Position numbers and translations under genes: made by a program
Virus record (IMG/VR): IMGVR_UViG_3300028283_000495
Length of the DNA: 64,000 nucleotides
Origin: a virus
Strand: one strand, 5' to 3'
Notes under the pieces: model-generated
Database searches by the model: none
What the model was told of the DNA's origin: nothing
Seen by the model: the letters and a program-made list of their open reading frames with translations, nothing else
Shown: positions 10,005 through 18,693 of the stretch, piece by piece
How the letters are laid out: each line of letters starts with the position of its first letter
Numbering within the stretch: position 1 is the stretch's first letter

Positions 10005-10364
10005 ATGAGAAAATTTATTGCATTACTAACAGTAGTTTTTGTTGCTTTTACCTTAGTTTTCACAAGTTGTACTAAACCAAAAGGTGATTTCAACCTCGAC
10101 AACTCCGTAGAGTACTCTATGAGTGCAGATTGGTGTGGTTACAGTATGAGCGTTGGAGCTTACGGTTACAATTCTTACACAGTGGACGCTGGTGGTGGAA
10201 CTGTTGAAGTTTACGCTAACGGTTATGGTTACTGGGGAAGTATGTACTTCACAGTACCAGAAGGTGGATCTAATACACTTTACACGTATTGGGATAAGAA
10301 GAAATCCACATCTACAGCAGGTTTGACTACGGTTAAACCATACGATGTTAAACCTACAAAGTAA
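10005..10364 (+). CDS. putative lipoprotein
   Basis: Signal peptide with lipobox FTS|C. Confidence 0.7.
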   Translation: MRKFIALLTVVFVAFTLVFTSCTKPKGDFNLDNSVEYSMSADWCGYSMSVGAYGYNSYTVDAGGGTVEVYANGYGYWGSMYFTVPEGGSNTLYTYWDKKKSTSTAGLTTVKPYDVKPTK

Positions 10365-10382
10365 CAAAAAAGACAAGATTCA

Positions 10383-10412
10383 AAGGGTGGTCGAGAGACT
10401 GCCCTTTTTTCT
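10383..10412 (+). terminator. intrinsic terminator
   Basis: AAAGGGTGGTC-GAGA-GACTGCCCTTT followed by a T run. Confidence 0.75.
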
Positions 10413-10429
10413 TTTAAAAATTTAAAACT

Positions 10430-10723
10430 ATGAAATATATAATCACATTATTACTATCCATCTTTCTTTTAGTTTCGTGTAATCACGAAGAAAATAAAAA
10501 ATTTGTTCCTAATCCAAAATACGATGTTGGTGAGTTGATATATCTGAAACCAGATTCAACATTAGCTTACGTTAAATTCTATTCTGTTTTAGTTGATAAT
10601 AAAACTAATTCATCCACATATTTCTATGGTATAGAATATAAAGATAACATAGGAAAGTTTCACAGGAGGATAATCGGAGATAAAGAAATTTATGGATTAC
10701 AAACAAAAAAAGAGGACTTATAG
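10430..10723 (+). CDS. putative lipoprotein
   Basis: Lipobox LVS|C. Confidence 0.65.
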   Translation: MKYIITLLLSIFLLVSCNHEENKKFVPNPKYDVGELIYLKPDSTLAYVKFYSVLVDNKTNSSTYFYGIEYKDNIGKFHRRIIGDKEIYGLQTKKEDL

Positions 10724-10732
10724 TCCTCTTTT

Positions 10733-11416
10733 TTATTGAAAGTCTTTGACTATTAATGATATGGTGCTTTTTGAAGATTTAAAATATTTAGCTATATCTG
10801 ATTGATTTACACCATTATCATACATGTATCTAATTTTTTCTCTATCCAGTTTAGGCTGGGCGGTCATTAGGTTATTCATTTTAGAATATATTAATTCCTT
10901 ATTATCCTCAAAAAATCTTGTATCTGAATGTAAATATTTATGGCAGTTTTTACACAATACCACACACTTATTTAATTCATTTTCTATAATTTCTTTAACG
11001 TCTTCAATATTATTTAAGTGCATTATAGATGATAATCTGAAATCCTTATCTTTTGGATCAATATGATGAAAGTCAAGAGATGCCAAACACTCATCATATC
11101 CACAATCTTCACATAGTAATTCCCCTTTAAAATTTAAAAGAATTCTTTTTTCTTTTCTTTCTTTCACACCGTAATGTAATTTCATATGGCAATTAAAACA
11201 CAATAAATCACATTTATCTAATTCTATTCTAACTAAATTCCACCTTTTACCAAACATTAAACTTAATTTTTCATCTTTAAGTTTAGATTCTCTGTGGTGG
11301 AAACACAATTTAAATTGTTCATTTTCACCACAATCCATACACTTACCACCCAAATATTCTATAGCTTTTAATTTCTTGATGTAGTAATATATTCTATTTA
11401 GAAATGGTTTGTTCAT
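10733..11416 (-). CDS. double-HNH homing-type endonuclease with C-terminal HTH
   Basis: Two CxxC...FHH...C-x-L/V-LC-x-NCH modules; SQSDIAKYFKSSKSTIS-like helix-turn-helix. Confidence 0.85.
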   Translation of the reverse strand: MNKPFLNRIYYYIKKLKAIEYLGGKCMDCGENEQFKLCFHHRESKLKDEKLSLMFGKRWNLVRIELDKCDLLCFNCHMKLHYGVKERKEKRILLNFKGELLCEDCGYDECLASLDFHHIDPKDKDFRLSSIMHLNNIEDVKEIIENELNKCVVLCKNCHKYLHSDTRFFEDNKELIYSKMNNLMTAQPKLDREKIRYMYDNGVNQSDIAKYFKSSKSTISLIVKDFQ

Positions 11417-11461
11417 AAGTTCGATTTTTAATCATATATATTAATGTGTAAAAACCGAATT

Positions 11462-11499
11462 AAAAAAAAGAGAATCAGAAATCTGATTCTCTTTTTTTT
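11462..11499. terminator. bidirectional intrinsic terminator after the tRNA-like genes
   Basis: AAAAAAAAGAGAATCAG-AAAT-CTGATTCTCTTTTTTT. Confidence 0.85.
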
Positions 11500-11504
11500 C
11501 CTTG

Positions 11505-11586
11505 TAGCCCTAGCCGGATTCGAACCGACGTTGCAAGTACACTTGTGTCCTTACCCCCGAAGGGGTGTCCCCTAGACGATAGGGCC
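11505..11586 (-). tRNA. atypical tRNA-Glu/Asp-like RNA (82 nt): no canonical anticodon loop, hairpin inserted in D-loop
   Basis: GGCCCTA TC GTCT [AGGGGAC ACCCC-TTCG-GGGGT AA] GGAC A CAAG-TGTA-CTTG CAAC GTCGG TTCGAAT CCGGC TAGGGCT A; acceptor, D and T stems pair. Confidence 0.8.
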
Positions 11587-11691
11587 GGTAGGTTTCCCAA
11601 TCTATGTGGTATCCCTAGATTTTAAAGAATATCAGGACTTTCACCTGATATATCCAACCATTTTACTGGTGACTTTATTTGTATTCTTCTG

Positions 11692-11760
11692 TAGCCCGTA
11701 AGAGATTCGAACTCCTGTCACTGGAATAATCCAGTGTCCTTTCCGCTAGACTAACGGGCC
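11692..11760 (-). tRNA. atypical tRNA-Glu/Asp-like RNA (69 nt) with 4-nt anticodon-position loop
   Basis: GGCCCGT TA GTCT AGCGGAAA GGAC A CTGGA-TTAT-TCCAG TGAC AGGAG TTCGAAT CTCTT ACGGGCT A. Confidence 0.85.
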
Positions 11761-11897
11761 GTTATTTGTCCTTAATTTTCTTCTAATTGGTCTATTGTAT
11801 CTATATTAATATCACCCTAATTTATTATTATCTAAAATTCTAATTTATCTATATAATATATTAAGGACAAATAATTCTCATTTGTAATTTGATAACA

Positions 11898-11905
11898 CAA
11901 AAATA
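11898..11905 (-). promoter_or_regulatory. Bacteroidota-type -7 promoter element (TATTTTTG) upstream of the tRNA-like genes
   Basis: TAnnTTTG with an upstream TTTG; 23-nt context nearly identical to 31278-31300. Confidence 0.6.
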
Positions 11906-11946
11906 CGGAAATTCTGGGAAACAAAAAAATTTCTGGTGAAAATTTC

Positions 11947-12597
11947 TTATTTAATTTCGATCTTGAAATTCTGTTTACTCTTATCCTCGATAGGCTTTTT
12001 AGTCAAATATACTGATAAAATTCCATCCTTATATTCACTAGATATTTTATTTAAGTCTATATTATAATGAGTTATATCATATTTCTTATTAAATACATCA
12101 CCTATTTCTATATCTATTCTCTCGTACTTTCTTTCCCCTAATGAAGAAAGACTCATATTATACCAAGGCATCCCTTTTACACAAAGGAAAGTTTTATTTT
12201 CTACTGTCTCAATAGTAATATCTAATTGTTGTTTATTAATACCAGGACAAATAACATCAATCACAATAGTATTACCAACGACTTCGTAAACATTAGTTAA
12301 AGGATAATCAACTATTTTCTTAGGTACAAATGCAGATACTGGTTTCTTAACAACATTGATGATATCGTCGTATAGTTTATAAACATCTGATTCAAAATTG
12401 GCTTTGCCGTGTTGTTCGTATAGTTCGTCCATGAGTTTCTTTGTCTTCTCTTCGTTGAGAGGAAAGTTCTCTTTTAGAAAGTCTTTTAATTTACCGTCAA
12501 TTTTAATATTAAATGTTTTCTTTTCCATATCATTATTATTTTCTTTAAATGGGTACATCTCCTCAAAGAATGCGCCGCCAGGATAACCTACTCCCAT
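11947..12597 (-). CDS. Hsp20/alpha-crystallin family small heat-shock protein (true start may be downstream)
   Basis: VIDVICPGINKQQLDITIE and SSEYKDGILSVYLTK motifs. Confidence 0.8.
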   Translation of the reverse strand: MGVGYPGGAFFEEMYPFKENNNDMEKKTFNIKIDGKLKDFLKENFPLNEEKTKKLMDELYEQHGKANFESDVYKLYDDIINVVKKPVSAFVPKKIVDYPLTNVYEVVGNTIVIDVICPGINKQQLDITIETVENKTFLCVKGMPWYNMSLSSLGERKYERIDIEIGDVFNKKYDITHYNIDLNKISSEYKDGILSVYLTKKPIEDKSKQNFKIEIK

Positions 12598-12603
12598 AAT
12601 ATT

Positions 12604-12945
12604 TTATTCTTTTTCTATTATTCCACCAAGATATAAATCGAATGAATTATCTGTGTAATAATTTAATTCAAATTCACCATCGTATAACTTATTAATATTG
12701 AAATTCTCTATTTCTAATCCCGACACGTCATTAATACTTAACGGAAACTTATCTTCAATTAATTGTTCCAATATCTCAAGATTCTTCTTAGATAAACTTC
12801 TTTTATATATCTTATGTAAATGTAATTTATATCCGTTGCTATCAATAACTTTAAACTTACTAGTGAAGTTGAAAGTTATATCCACGTCCAATTCCTTAGG
12901 CTCAAACCCAAAAAATTCATCGTCATCTATATAATTATTAGCCAT
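12604..12945 (-). CDS. hypothetical protein
   Basis: ORF in operon orientation. Confidence 0.55.
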   Translation of the reverse strand: MANNYIDDDEFFGFEPKELDVDITFNFTSKFKVIDSNGYKLHLHKIYKRSLSKKNLEILEQLIEDKFPLSINDVSGLEIENFNINKLYDGEFELNYYTDNSFDLYLGGIIEKE

Positions 12946-12994
12946 ATCTCTTTCATTTTTTATTATATCAAAAAAATGAGCGGTTGTTTAAAAA

Positions 12995-13219
12995 TTATGA
13001 TAGTAACAAACCAGGTGATTGCCAACGCTTATCAGAAAAAATCTCTTTCAATTGATCCTCATTCAAATTATTAGGATCCCACCCCTTACTCCTAGCATAT
13101 TGAACCTTAAATTTTTCTCTTAAATCATGCATTTCACTCTCACTTAAAGCGGAATCTTTTACCATAGGCGTTCCAGGTGCTACTATCCTACCCATCCCAT
13201 TTTGATTCAATGTTATCAT
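12995..13219 (-). CDS. hypothetical protein
   Basis: Directly downstream of an ATGAC-N13-TATATA motif. Confidence 0.6.
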   Translation of the reverse strand: MITLNQNGMGRIVAPGTPMVKDSALSESEMHDLREKFKVQYARSKGWDPNNLNEDQLKEIFSDKRWQSPGLLLS

Positions 13220-13239
13220 ATCAGTAACTTATTTTTTCT

Positions 13240-13263
13240 TATATATTAATTAAAATTTGTCAT
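13240..13263 (-). promoter_or_regulatory. ATGAC-N13-TATATA motif
   Basis: Minus strand ATGAC AAATTTTAATTAA TATATA. Confidence 0.6.
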
Positions 13264-13523
13264 TTTTGTCATTTTTAAAACTAAAAACTATTTATAATAT
13301 ATAATGAAAAAACATTGAAGTTTATGAACAATAAGAAATTTGTTGAGTTTTTAGAATTTGTTGATAGTGGTAAAGTGAAATTATTCACGATGAAAGACTT
13401 TGAAGAAATGGAAAAGATCAGAAGAGATTACGGTGATGGTAAAGACATCACTGATGTAGTAGATGAGTTCATAGAAAATTTTTCAAAATAAAAACTTTCG
13501 TTTTTATAATTCATATATAATTT

Positions 13524-14663
13524 ATGAATAATAATGAAGGCAAATTAGATATAGACTATATAGAAAGTGTAGTTCAAAAGATACTGGATAAAGCTCATAC
13601 CGACCCCGAAAAAAGGGAAATCAAACGTTATCCAAGTAATCAAAATCCAACCAAATTAAATTTCGCTTGTCCCATTTGTGGTGATAGCCACTCTAAAATG
13701 AGCATGAAAAGAGGCCACTTACACCTCAAAAATCTCTATTACGTTTGTTATAACGAAAGAGAAACAGATTCTATGTTCTTTTCTAAATTTTGTAAAATGT
13801 TCAACGTCGAACTTGATATGGAAAAGAAAATGGAAATCTATAAATATCTCGATAGTAATTGGACATATACAAAGAAAGATGATTTTGCCATAACAAACAT
13901 GGACAAACTTCTTGATTTAGAAGATTTTAAAAATCATATAACCGAACACCCAACTTATCTTCTCAACTTCAAACCTATTACTAAAGGTGGAGTTCAATGG
14001 AGATATTTAGCAGATAGAAAAATATTCAATCACGATAATATTTGGGAAGGAATATATAAAATCACAGATACTTGGTTTGAACCAGTTATTGTTATTCTAA
14101 ATAGAAGCGGTGATAAACTTCTTGGAATGCAACTTAGAAACTTAAAGGCTGAAAAAGGTAAACGTATTTATAAATTCATTGATTTTCAAGAACTATACAA
14201 TATGCGTCACCCAGATGATACCTTAGATGAAATGGAAGCAGTACCTTATAACAAAATATCAGCCATATTCAATTTCTTAAATGTTGATTACGATAGACCA
14301 GTTTACGTCTTTGAAGGTTATTTAGATAGTGTATTCTTTCCCAACTCAATAGCACTCGTTGGATTAGATACTGATATATCAATGTTCAGTGACGAAAACG
14401 TAGATATAAAATTTGTACTTGATAACGACGACGCAGGTCAACGTAAAGCAAAACAAATGATTGATATAAACCATTCAGTTTTCCTTTGGAAAAAATTAAT
14501 AAACCATTTATCAAAAGGTAAAGGTGGTAAGTACAAACACCACATGGAAGATTGTAAAGATATAAATAAACTTGTTGAATTTTACGAAGATCCTAATATC
14601 TACTATAAACTCGAACTTGAGAAGTTCTTCGCTAAGGATCAATTCGATTTAATTGATATGTAA
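13524..14663 (+). CDS. T4 gp61-like DNA primase
   Basis: Zn finger FACPICGDSH...KRG; TOPRIM VFEGYLDS and LDNDDAG. Confidence 0.9.
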   Translation: MNNNEGKLDIDYIESVVQKILDKAHTDPEKREIKRYPSNQNPTKLNFACPICGDSHSKMSMKRGHLHLKNLYYVCYNERETDSMFFSKFCKMFNVELDMEKKMEIYKYLDSNWTYTKKDDFAITNMDKLLDLEDFKNHITEHPTYLLNFKPITKGGVQWRYLADRKIFNHDNIWEGIYKITDTWFEPVIVILNRSGDKLLGMQLRNLKAEKGKRIYKFIDFQELYNMRHPDDTLDEMEAVPYNKISAIFNFLNVDYDRPVYVFEGYLDSVFFPNSIALVGLDTDISMFSDENVDIKFVLDNDDAGQRKAKQMIDINHSVFLWKKLINHLSKGKGGKYKHHMEDCKDINKLVEFYEDPNIYYKLELEKFFAKDQFDLIDM

Positions 14664-14666
14664 TTT

Positions 14667-14846
14667 TTATTGAAGATTAACATTACCACCAAGGGTTTCG
14701 ATACCTTTTAATATCGCATCCAATTTAGCATCCATCGATTTCAATTTGGATTTAACCTCACATAACATACCATATTCACCACTACCTTCATTTAGAACTT
14801 CATCGTCATATAACATTTCAGTAAATGTTTTTACTTTTTCTTCCAT
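14667..14846 (-). CDS. 59-aa protein with capsid-targeting-like N-terminus (not in track)
   Basis: MEEKVKTFTEMLYDDEVLNEGSGEYG... Confidence 0.55.
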   Translation of the reverse strand: MEEKVKTFTEMLYDDEVLNEGSGEYGMLCEVKSKLKSMDAKLDAILKGIETLGGNVNLQ

Positions 14847-14968
14847 TTAATTTTAATAATTTTTTTGATAATGTTGCTTTTCACCGTAAGCTGGGCATTT
14901 AGTTGAAGCACAAGATGCTACTAAAAATGATACCGCTATAATTAATATTAAAATAATTTTCTTTTTCA

Positions 14969-15310
14969 TTATTCTCTCTCTTTAGTTATGTGAATCATAC
15001 CTGGATAACCAGCGTCTTTTGAAGATGACCAAGCGTCTTTAAATTTCTTGTACTCTTCGTATTTTTGAAAAAATTCTTCATCAGTTAACTTCTTATATAT
15101 TTGAGCGTTTTTTAAGATAGACGCCCAACCAAAATTGGTCATGTATTTTAAATCAACTCCACATTCTTCTAAAAAATCATCTACTGTGAGTTCAGATCCT
15201 TCGGGTAATGTTCTTAGTTTATATTCTAGTTCCATAGGAATATCAACTTCTACACCATTTTCTTTGGTTTCTTTAATGTAGTCTTTTAATTTTGTTTTTA
15301 AGTTTTTCAT
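14969..15310 (-). CDS. hypothetical protein, capsid-targeting-like N-terminus
   Basis: KLKDYIKE|T. Confidence 0.6.
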   Translation of the reverse strand: MKNLKTKLKDYIKETKENGVEVDIPMELEYKLRTLPEGSELTVDDFLEECGVDLKYMTNFGWASILKNAQIYKKLTDEEFFQKYEEYKKFKDAWSSSKDAGYPGMIHITKERE

Positions 15311-15996
15311 TTTCCAACGTAATTTTTTAGTTTATCATACATGTCTGTTAATTTATCACTGTGGAGTTTTTTACTTTCGTGCCATAGTTCGTCAAATGTA
15401 ATAAATAGATTATAAGTTTCCTTATCAAGAATCATACCTTTATCAAACTTCTTATTATTACTTTTCCATAACTCATCTGGTGATAAAGCGGCTTCACCTT
15501 TTGGTACTATGAATCCACCAAATTCTTTACCAACTGAATAAGTTTTCCAAATTATTAATTCTTTATCTTTACCGTAAACGTAGTATGTTTTATGATCGTC
15601 TCCAATATCCCAATATATTCTACCGTTAATATTTTGTACCTTTTTACTTCCTTTGCCTTTAGATGTTAAGAAAGGAACACCAGGTATAAGAGTGTCTTTA
15701 TCCAATCTGATAGGAATTCCAAAATTATCTAATTCGTGGTCACCAGTGACTTTATTCCTCTTGTAAACAGGTTTATCGAGACTTAGTTCACCTTTTTTAG
15801 CGTCATTAAAAATTTCTACTTCTTGTTTAGTAAGAGAGTTCTGTCCGTATTTTCTAATCTTATCTATGTAGTAGTTGATGATTTTATCAGAAGTAGCAGT
15901 TCTTTCATCAGTATCATATGCTTCGTAAAAATCATATACACCTTCATTTATAGGTTTAACTTCTTCCTTAACAACTTTATTTCTTTTCTTTCTCAT
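15307..15996 (-). CDS. hypothetical protein, paralog of 16001..16687
   Basis: Shared blocks (KGK, RIYW/RVYR, SPDELW/SPEQLW, FDKGMILD/FDYGMVLD). Confidence 0.7.
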   Translation of the reverse strand: MRKKRNKVVKEEVKPINEGVYDFYEAYDTDERTATSDKIINYYIDKIRKYGQNSLTKQEVEIFNDAKKGELSLDKPVYKRNKVTGDHELDNFGIPIRLDKDTLIPGVPFLTSKGKGSKKVQNINGRIYWDIGDDHKTYYVYGKDKELIIWKTYSVGKEFGGFIVPKGEAALSPDELWKSNNKKFDKGMILDKETYNLFITFDELWHESKKLHSDKLTDMYDKLKNYVGK

Positions 15997-16000
15997 ATTT

Positions 16001-16687
16001 TTACAATAATTTTAGGAATCTTAATCTTAACTTATTCAAGACGTCAATGTTCCTTCTTTGATTTTCTTTATATAATTCTACGAAATTTATAAAGTCTTCA
16101 TATAAATCTTCATCTAAAACCATACCGTAATCAAAAGTAAAATCTAATTCACCCCATAATTGTTCTGGGGACATTTTTTTATAAAAAGCGTATTTCTGAG
16201 CGTTAGTATCTAAAAATTGACCAAATGGATATTTATCCCCGCCACCTGTTCTGTAAATAATCCAATCGTTTGCTTTTGTACCACTATCAGTTTCTATTGT
16301 AGTATATACATATATTCTTCTTTCTTCGTTATCTTTATTCCTGTAAACTCTTGCGTCCATTATATCTTTAGTGGACAATTTATCTGCGCCTTTTTGTTTA
16401 CCTTTAACTGTTACAAATTCTTGTCCTGGTTTCTCGGGCTCTTCGTCAGTAAGTACGTTACCTTCATCATCAAATAAATATCCTCCGCCAGTCTTATGTG
16501 TTTGAAGAATAGGTCTATCATCAGGATCATCTGGGAGAGAACCTCCTTTACTTAGATTAACAAGAAGTTCGTGCTCTTCTGTTGTGAGTTTACGCTTCTT
16601 CATTATCTCTAAGAGTTCGTCTATCTTTTGTTGCTCACGTTTACCCTCGTTTATAAATGATCTATATGATTTTACTATTTTATCCAT
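16001..16687 (-). CDS. hypothetical protein, capsid-targeting-like N-terminus, paralog of 15307..15996
   Basis: VKSYRSFINE|G; AATATATA upstream. Confidence 0.7.
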   Translation of the reverse strand: MDKIVKSYRSFINEGKREQQKIDELLEIMKKRKLTTEEHELLVNLSKGGSLPDDPDDRPILQTHKTGGGYLFDDEGNVLTDEEPEKPGQEFVTVKGKQKGADKLSTKDIMDARVYRNKDNEERRIYVYTTIETDSGTKANDWIIYRTGGGDKYPFGQFLDTNAQKYAFYKKMSPEQLWGELDFTFDYGMVLDEDLYEDFINFVELYKENQRRNIDVLNKLRLRFLKLL

Positions 16688-16734
16688 GAAGATATTATTC
16701 CTTTTTGCTTATATATTAAATTTTAATTTCTATT

Positions 16735-17607
16735 TTATAACTCGTCAGATATAATTTTTGCCCCGTAAGGTGCCAAATGTAAATCTCTTAATTTTCTATT
16801 TCCATTACATTTAAAGATAGGTACAGAAGCAGGTCCGTTCTTTAAAGTCTTTATATCGTTATTAGAACAATCATAAGTTCCACCAATCATATCAGGACCG
16901 TCCTTTAAATCATCCAATAAATTAAAACTACAATCGAAATTACCAACCAATAAATCTGGTGATCCTTCCAATGAAACTAATAAACAATTATCCACGTAAT
17001 AAGATCCATTTACTATTTTTGGTCCACCAATTAAATCAGGCATACTATTATAACTAGCCATAAAATCCTTTTGAATCTTTTCTGGAGCACCAGCTAAATC
17101 ATTTAAACCACTCTGTCTCACATCATAATTACCACCAACAACAGAAGGACCACCTTTTAAACTACCTAATCTATTATTAGTACAAATAAAATTTCCCTCT
17201 ACAACATCAGGACACCCCTTCAAATTAACCAACCCACAAGAAGAAGCGTCAAAATCTCCCATCACGTAATCAAATTTAACTGGAATAGTAGCTAACGGCA
17301 TTCTAATCTTTACACTCTCTAAAGCATCTACCGTGTAATCGTCATTAATCTTATATTTTCTAAGACCAATTACATTTAAAAATTTTATAATCTTATCCTT
17401 CTGATTATCTTTAATGTAGTACATAATATTGTGGTAATCAGCGTCTTGAAAAGTCATACATCTTAATCTTGGGTGATAGATAAGCATTTCTGCTTCGTTT
17501 AGAATTTCGAATTGTTGCGTAGTGATCTCAAGGTACTCTCCACTTGGTATTCCAACGATACCAATTATTGCAGGACTTGATTCGTACAATTTAAATTTCT
17601 TTATCAT
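16735..17607 (-). CDS. leucine-rich repeat protein (array member)
   Basis: MIKKFKLYES; PSGE domain; about 6 repeats of L-x2-L-x-G-x-P-x2-V-x-G-x-F-x-C-x2-N. Confidence 0.85.
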   Translation of the reverse strand: MIKKFKLYESSPAIIGIVGIPSGEYLEITTQQFEILNEAEMLIYHPRLRCMTFQDADYHNIMYYIKDNQKDKIIKFLNVIGLRKYKINDDYTVDALESVKIRMPLATIPVKFDYVMGDFDASSCGLVNLKGCPDVVEGNFICTNNRLGSLKGGPSVVGGNYDVRQSGLNDLAGAPEKIQKDFMASYNSMPDLIGGPKIVNGSYYVDNCLLVSLEGSPDLLVGNFDCSFNLLDDLKDGPDMIGGTYDCSNNDIKTLKNGPASVPIFKCNGNRKLRDLHLAPYGAKIISDEL

Positions 17608-17978
17608 ATCGCGTAACTCTCAATTTGCCATCTATCTTCTTCATCGAAGAAATAGTAATTTTTTGCTTTATTGTATTTAATGATACTTGACATCGCTAAA
17701 TTCATGGCGTCTTCTTCTGGTACATTTAAAACCTCACCAGATGATACCTCAATTAGTTCTTCAACTTTGATTATATTGGTATAATAAAAAGACACTAATT
17801 CATTGTTATAATCTAACATTATTCTCACGTCACCGTTATCTGATCCGCTAGTATTTACATTTATAATTTTACCAGATTGCATGTAATGTTTAGAATCTCT
17901 ATATTTAATGATAACTTTATCACCAGTATTAAGATTGGTATCCCTCAAAGATTTATAACTTTCAAATTTCTTTATCAT
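17604..17978 (-). CDS. KOW/SH3-like plus PSGE-domain protein (array member without LRR)
   Basis: GDKVIIKY...GKII; VSSGEVLNV...IIKYN...FDEED. Confidence 0.65.
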   Translation of the reverse strand: MIKKFESYKSLRDTNLNTGDKVIIKYRDSKHYMQSGKIINVNTSGSDNGDVRIMLDYNNELVSFYYTNIIKVEELIEVSSGEVLNVPEEDAMNLAMSSIIKYNKAKNYYFFDEEDRWQIESYAI

Positions 17979-18693
17979 TGAATAAGTTATTATTTTTTAT
18001 GAAGTTACCCTTTACAACTGGAGCGTCATTAATATTTTTCAAAAGATTATTACTACAATTAAAGTCAGTTAATTTTATAGGTGATCCAGTTAAAGACGTA
18101 AGTTTATTATGACTACAATTATATAATCTAGACACTAATCTTGGACCATCATGTAAATCTTCTAAATGATTATAACTACAATCAAATCTACCGTGTACTG
18201 TTCTAGGTGTATTCTCTAATGTTTCAAGTAAATTATAAGAGCAATTGAAATCACTGGAACATCTATTGAATTTAACTGGAATTCTTGTGAGTTTTTTATA
18301 AGCCATATTGACTGGTCCCATAGCGTCAACACTAAAGTCTGGAAGAATTGAAAATTGATCCTTCAATAAACCACAATCTAAAAGAAATTCTATGATTAAA
18401 CTTTTTGTTAAAGCGTGTCTTTCGTCTCCAATTTTAGGAAGTATGCTTTTTATTTTTCTTTTATTGGCTAGATAATCTTTCACTTTAGGGGCAAGGAAAT
18501 CACTACATACCCATCTATATAAGTTCAGCATCTTACCCCTATCGTCGTCGTAGAATATATAATTTCTTTTAACTAAAGGTTCGATATCATCGTCTGAAAA
18601 GTATATAACTTCTCCACTTGGAACACAAACTAAATAGTTTTCTTTCCATTCAATAGATTCGTTATATTTTATAAAATTAGTTACCATGACCAA
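17962..18693 (-). CDS. leucine-rich repeat protein (array member)
   Basis: VPSGEVI domain; LETLENTPRTVHGRFDCSYN repeats. Confidence 0.85.
   Translation of the reverse strand: MVMVTNFIKYNESIEWKENYLVCVPSGEVIYFSDDDIEPLVKRNYIFYDDDRGKMLNLYRWVCSDFLAPKVKDYLANKRKIKSILPKIGDERHALTKSLIIEFLLDCGLLKDQFSILPDFSVDAMGPVNMAYKKLTRIPVKFNRCSSDFNCSYNLLETLENTPRTVHGRFDCSYNHLEDLHDGPRLVSRLYNCSHNKLTSLTGSPIKLTDFNCSNNLLKNINDAPVVKGNFIKNNNLFNDKEI

Noticed and set aside
10005-10723. Spanin pair
   Set aside because: Both are separate lipoproteins with a terminator between them, and no inner-membrane coiled-coil partner is evident.
11629-11651. Plus-strand loop containing CTTTCAC as the missing Glu anticodon loop (split tRNA)
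   Set aside because: It is on the strand opposite the tRNA-like genes and out of register with its stem; probably coincidence.
11692-11760. Calling this an ochre suppressor because TTA appears in the loop
   Set aside because: The loop is 4 nt, so the triplet is not at positions 34-36 of a 7-nt loop and cannot be read as an anticodon.
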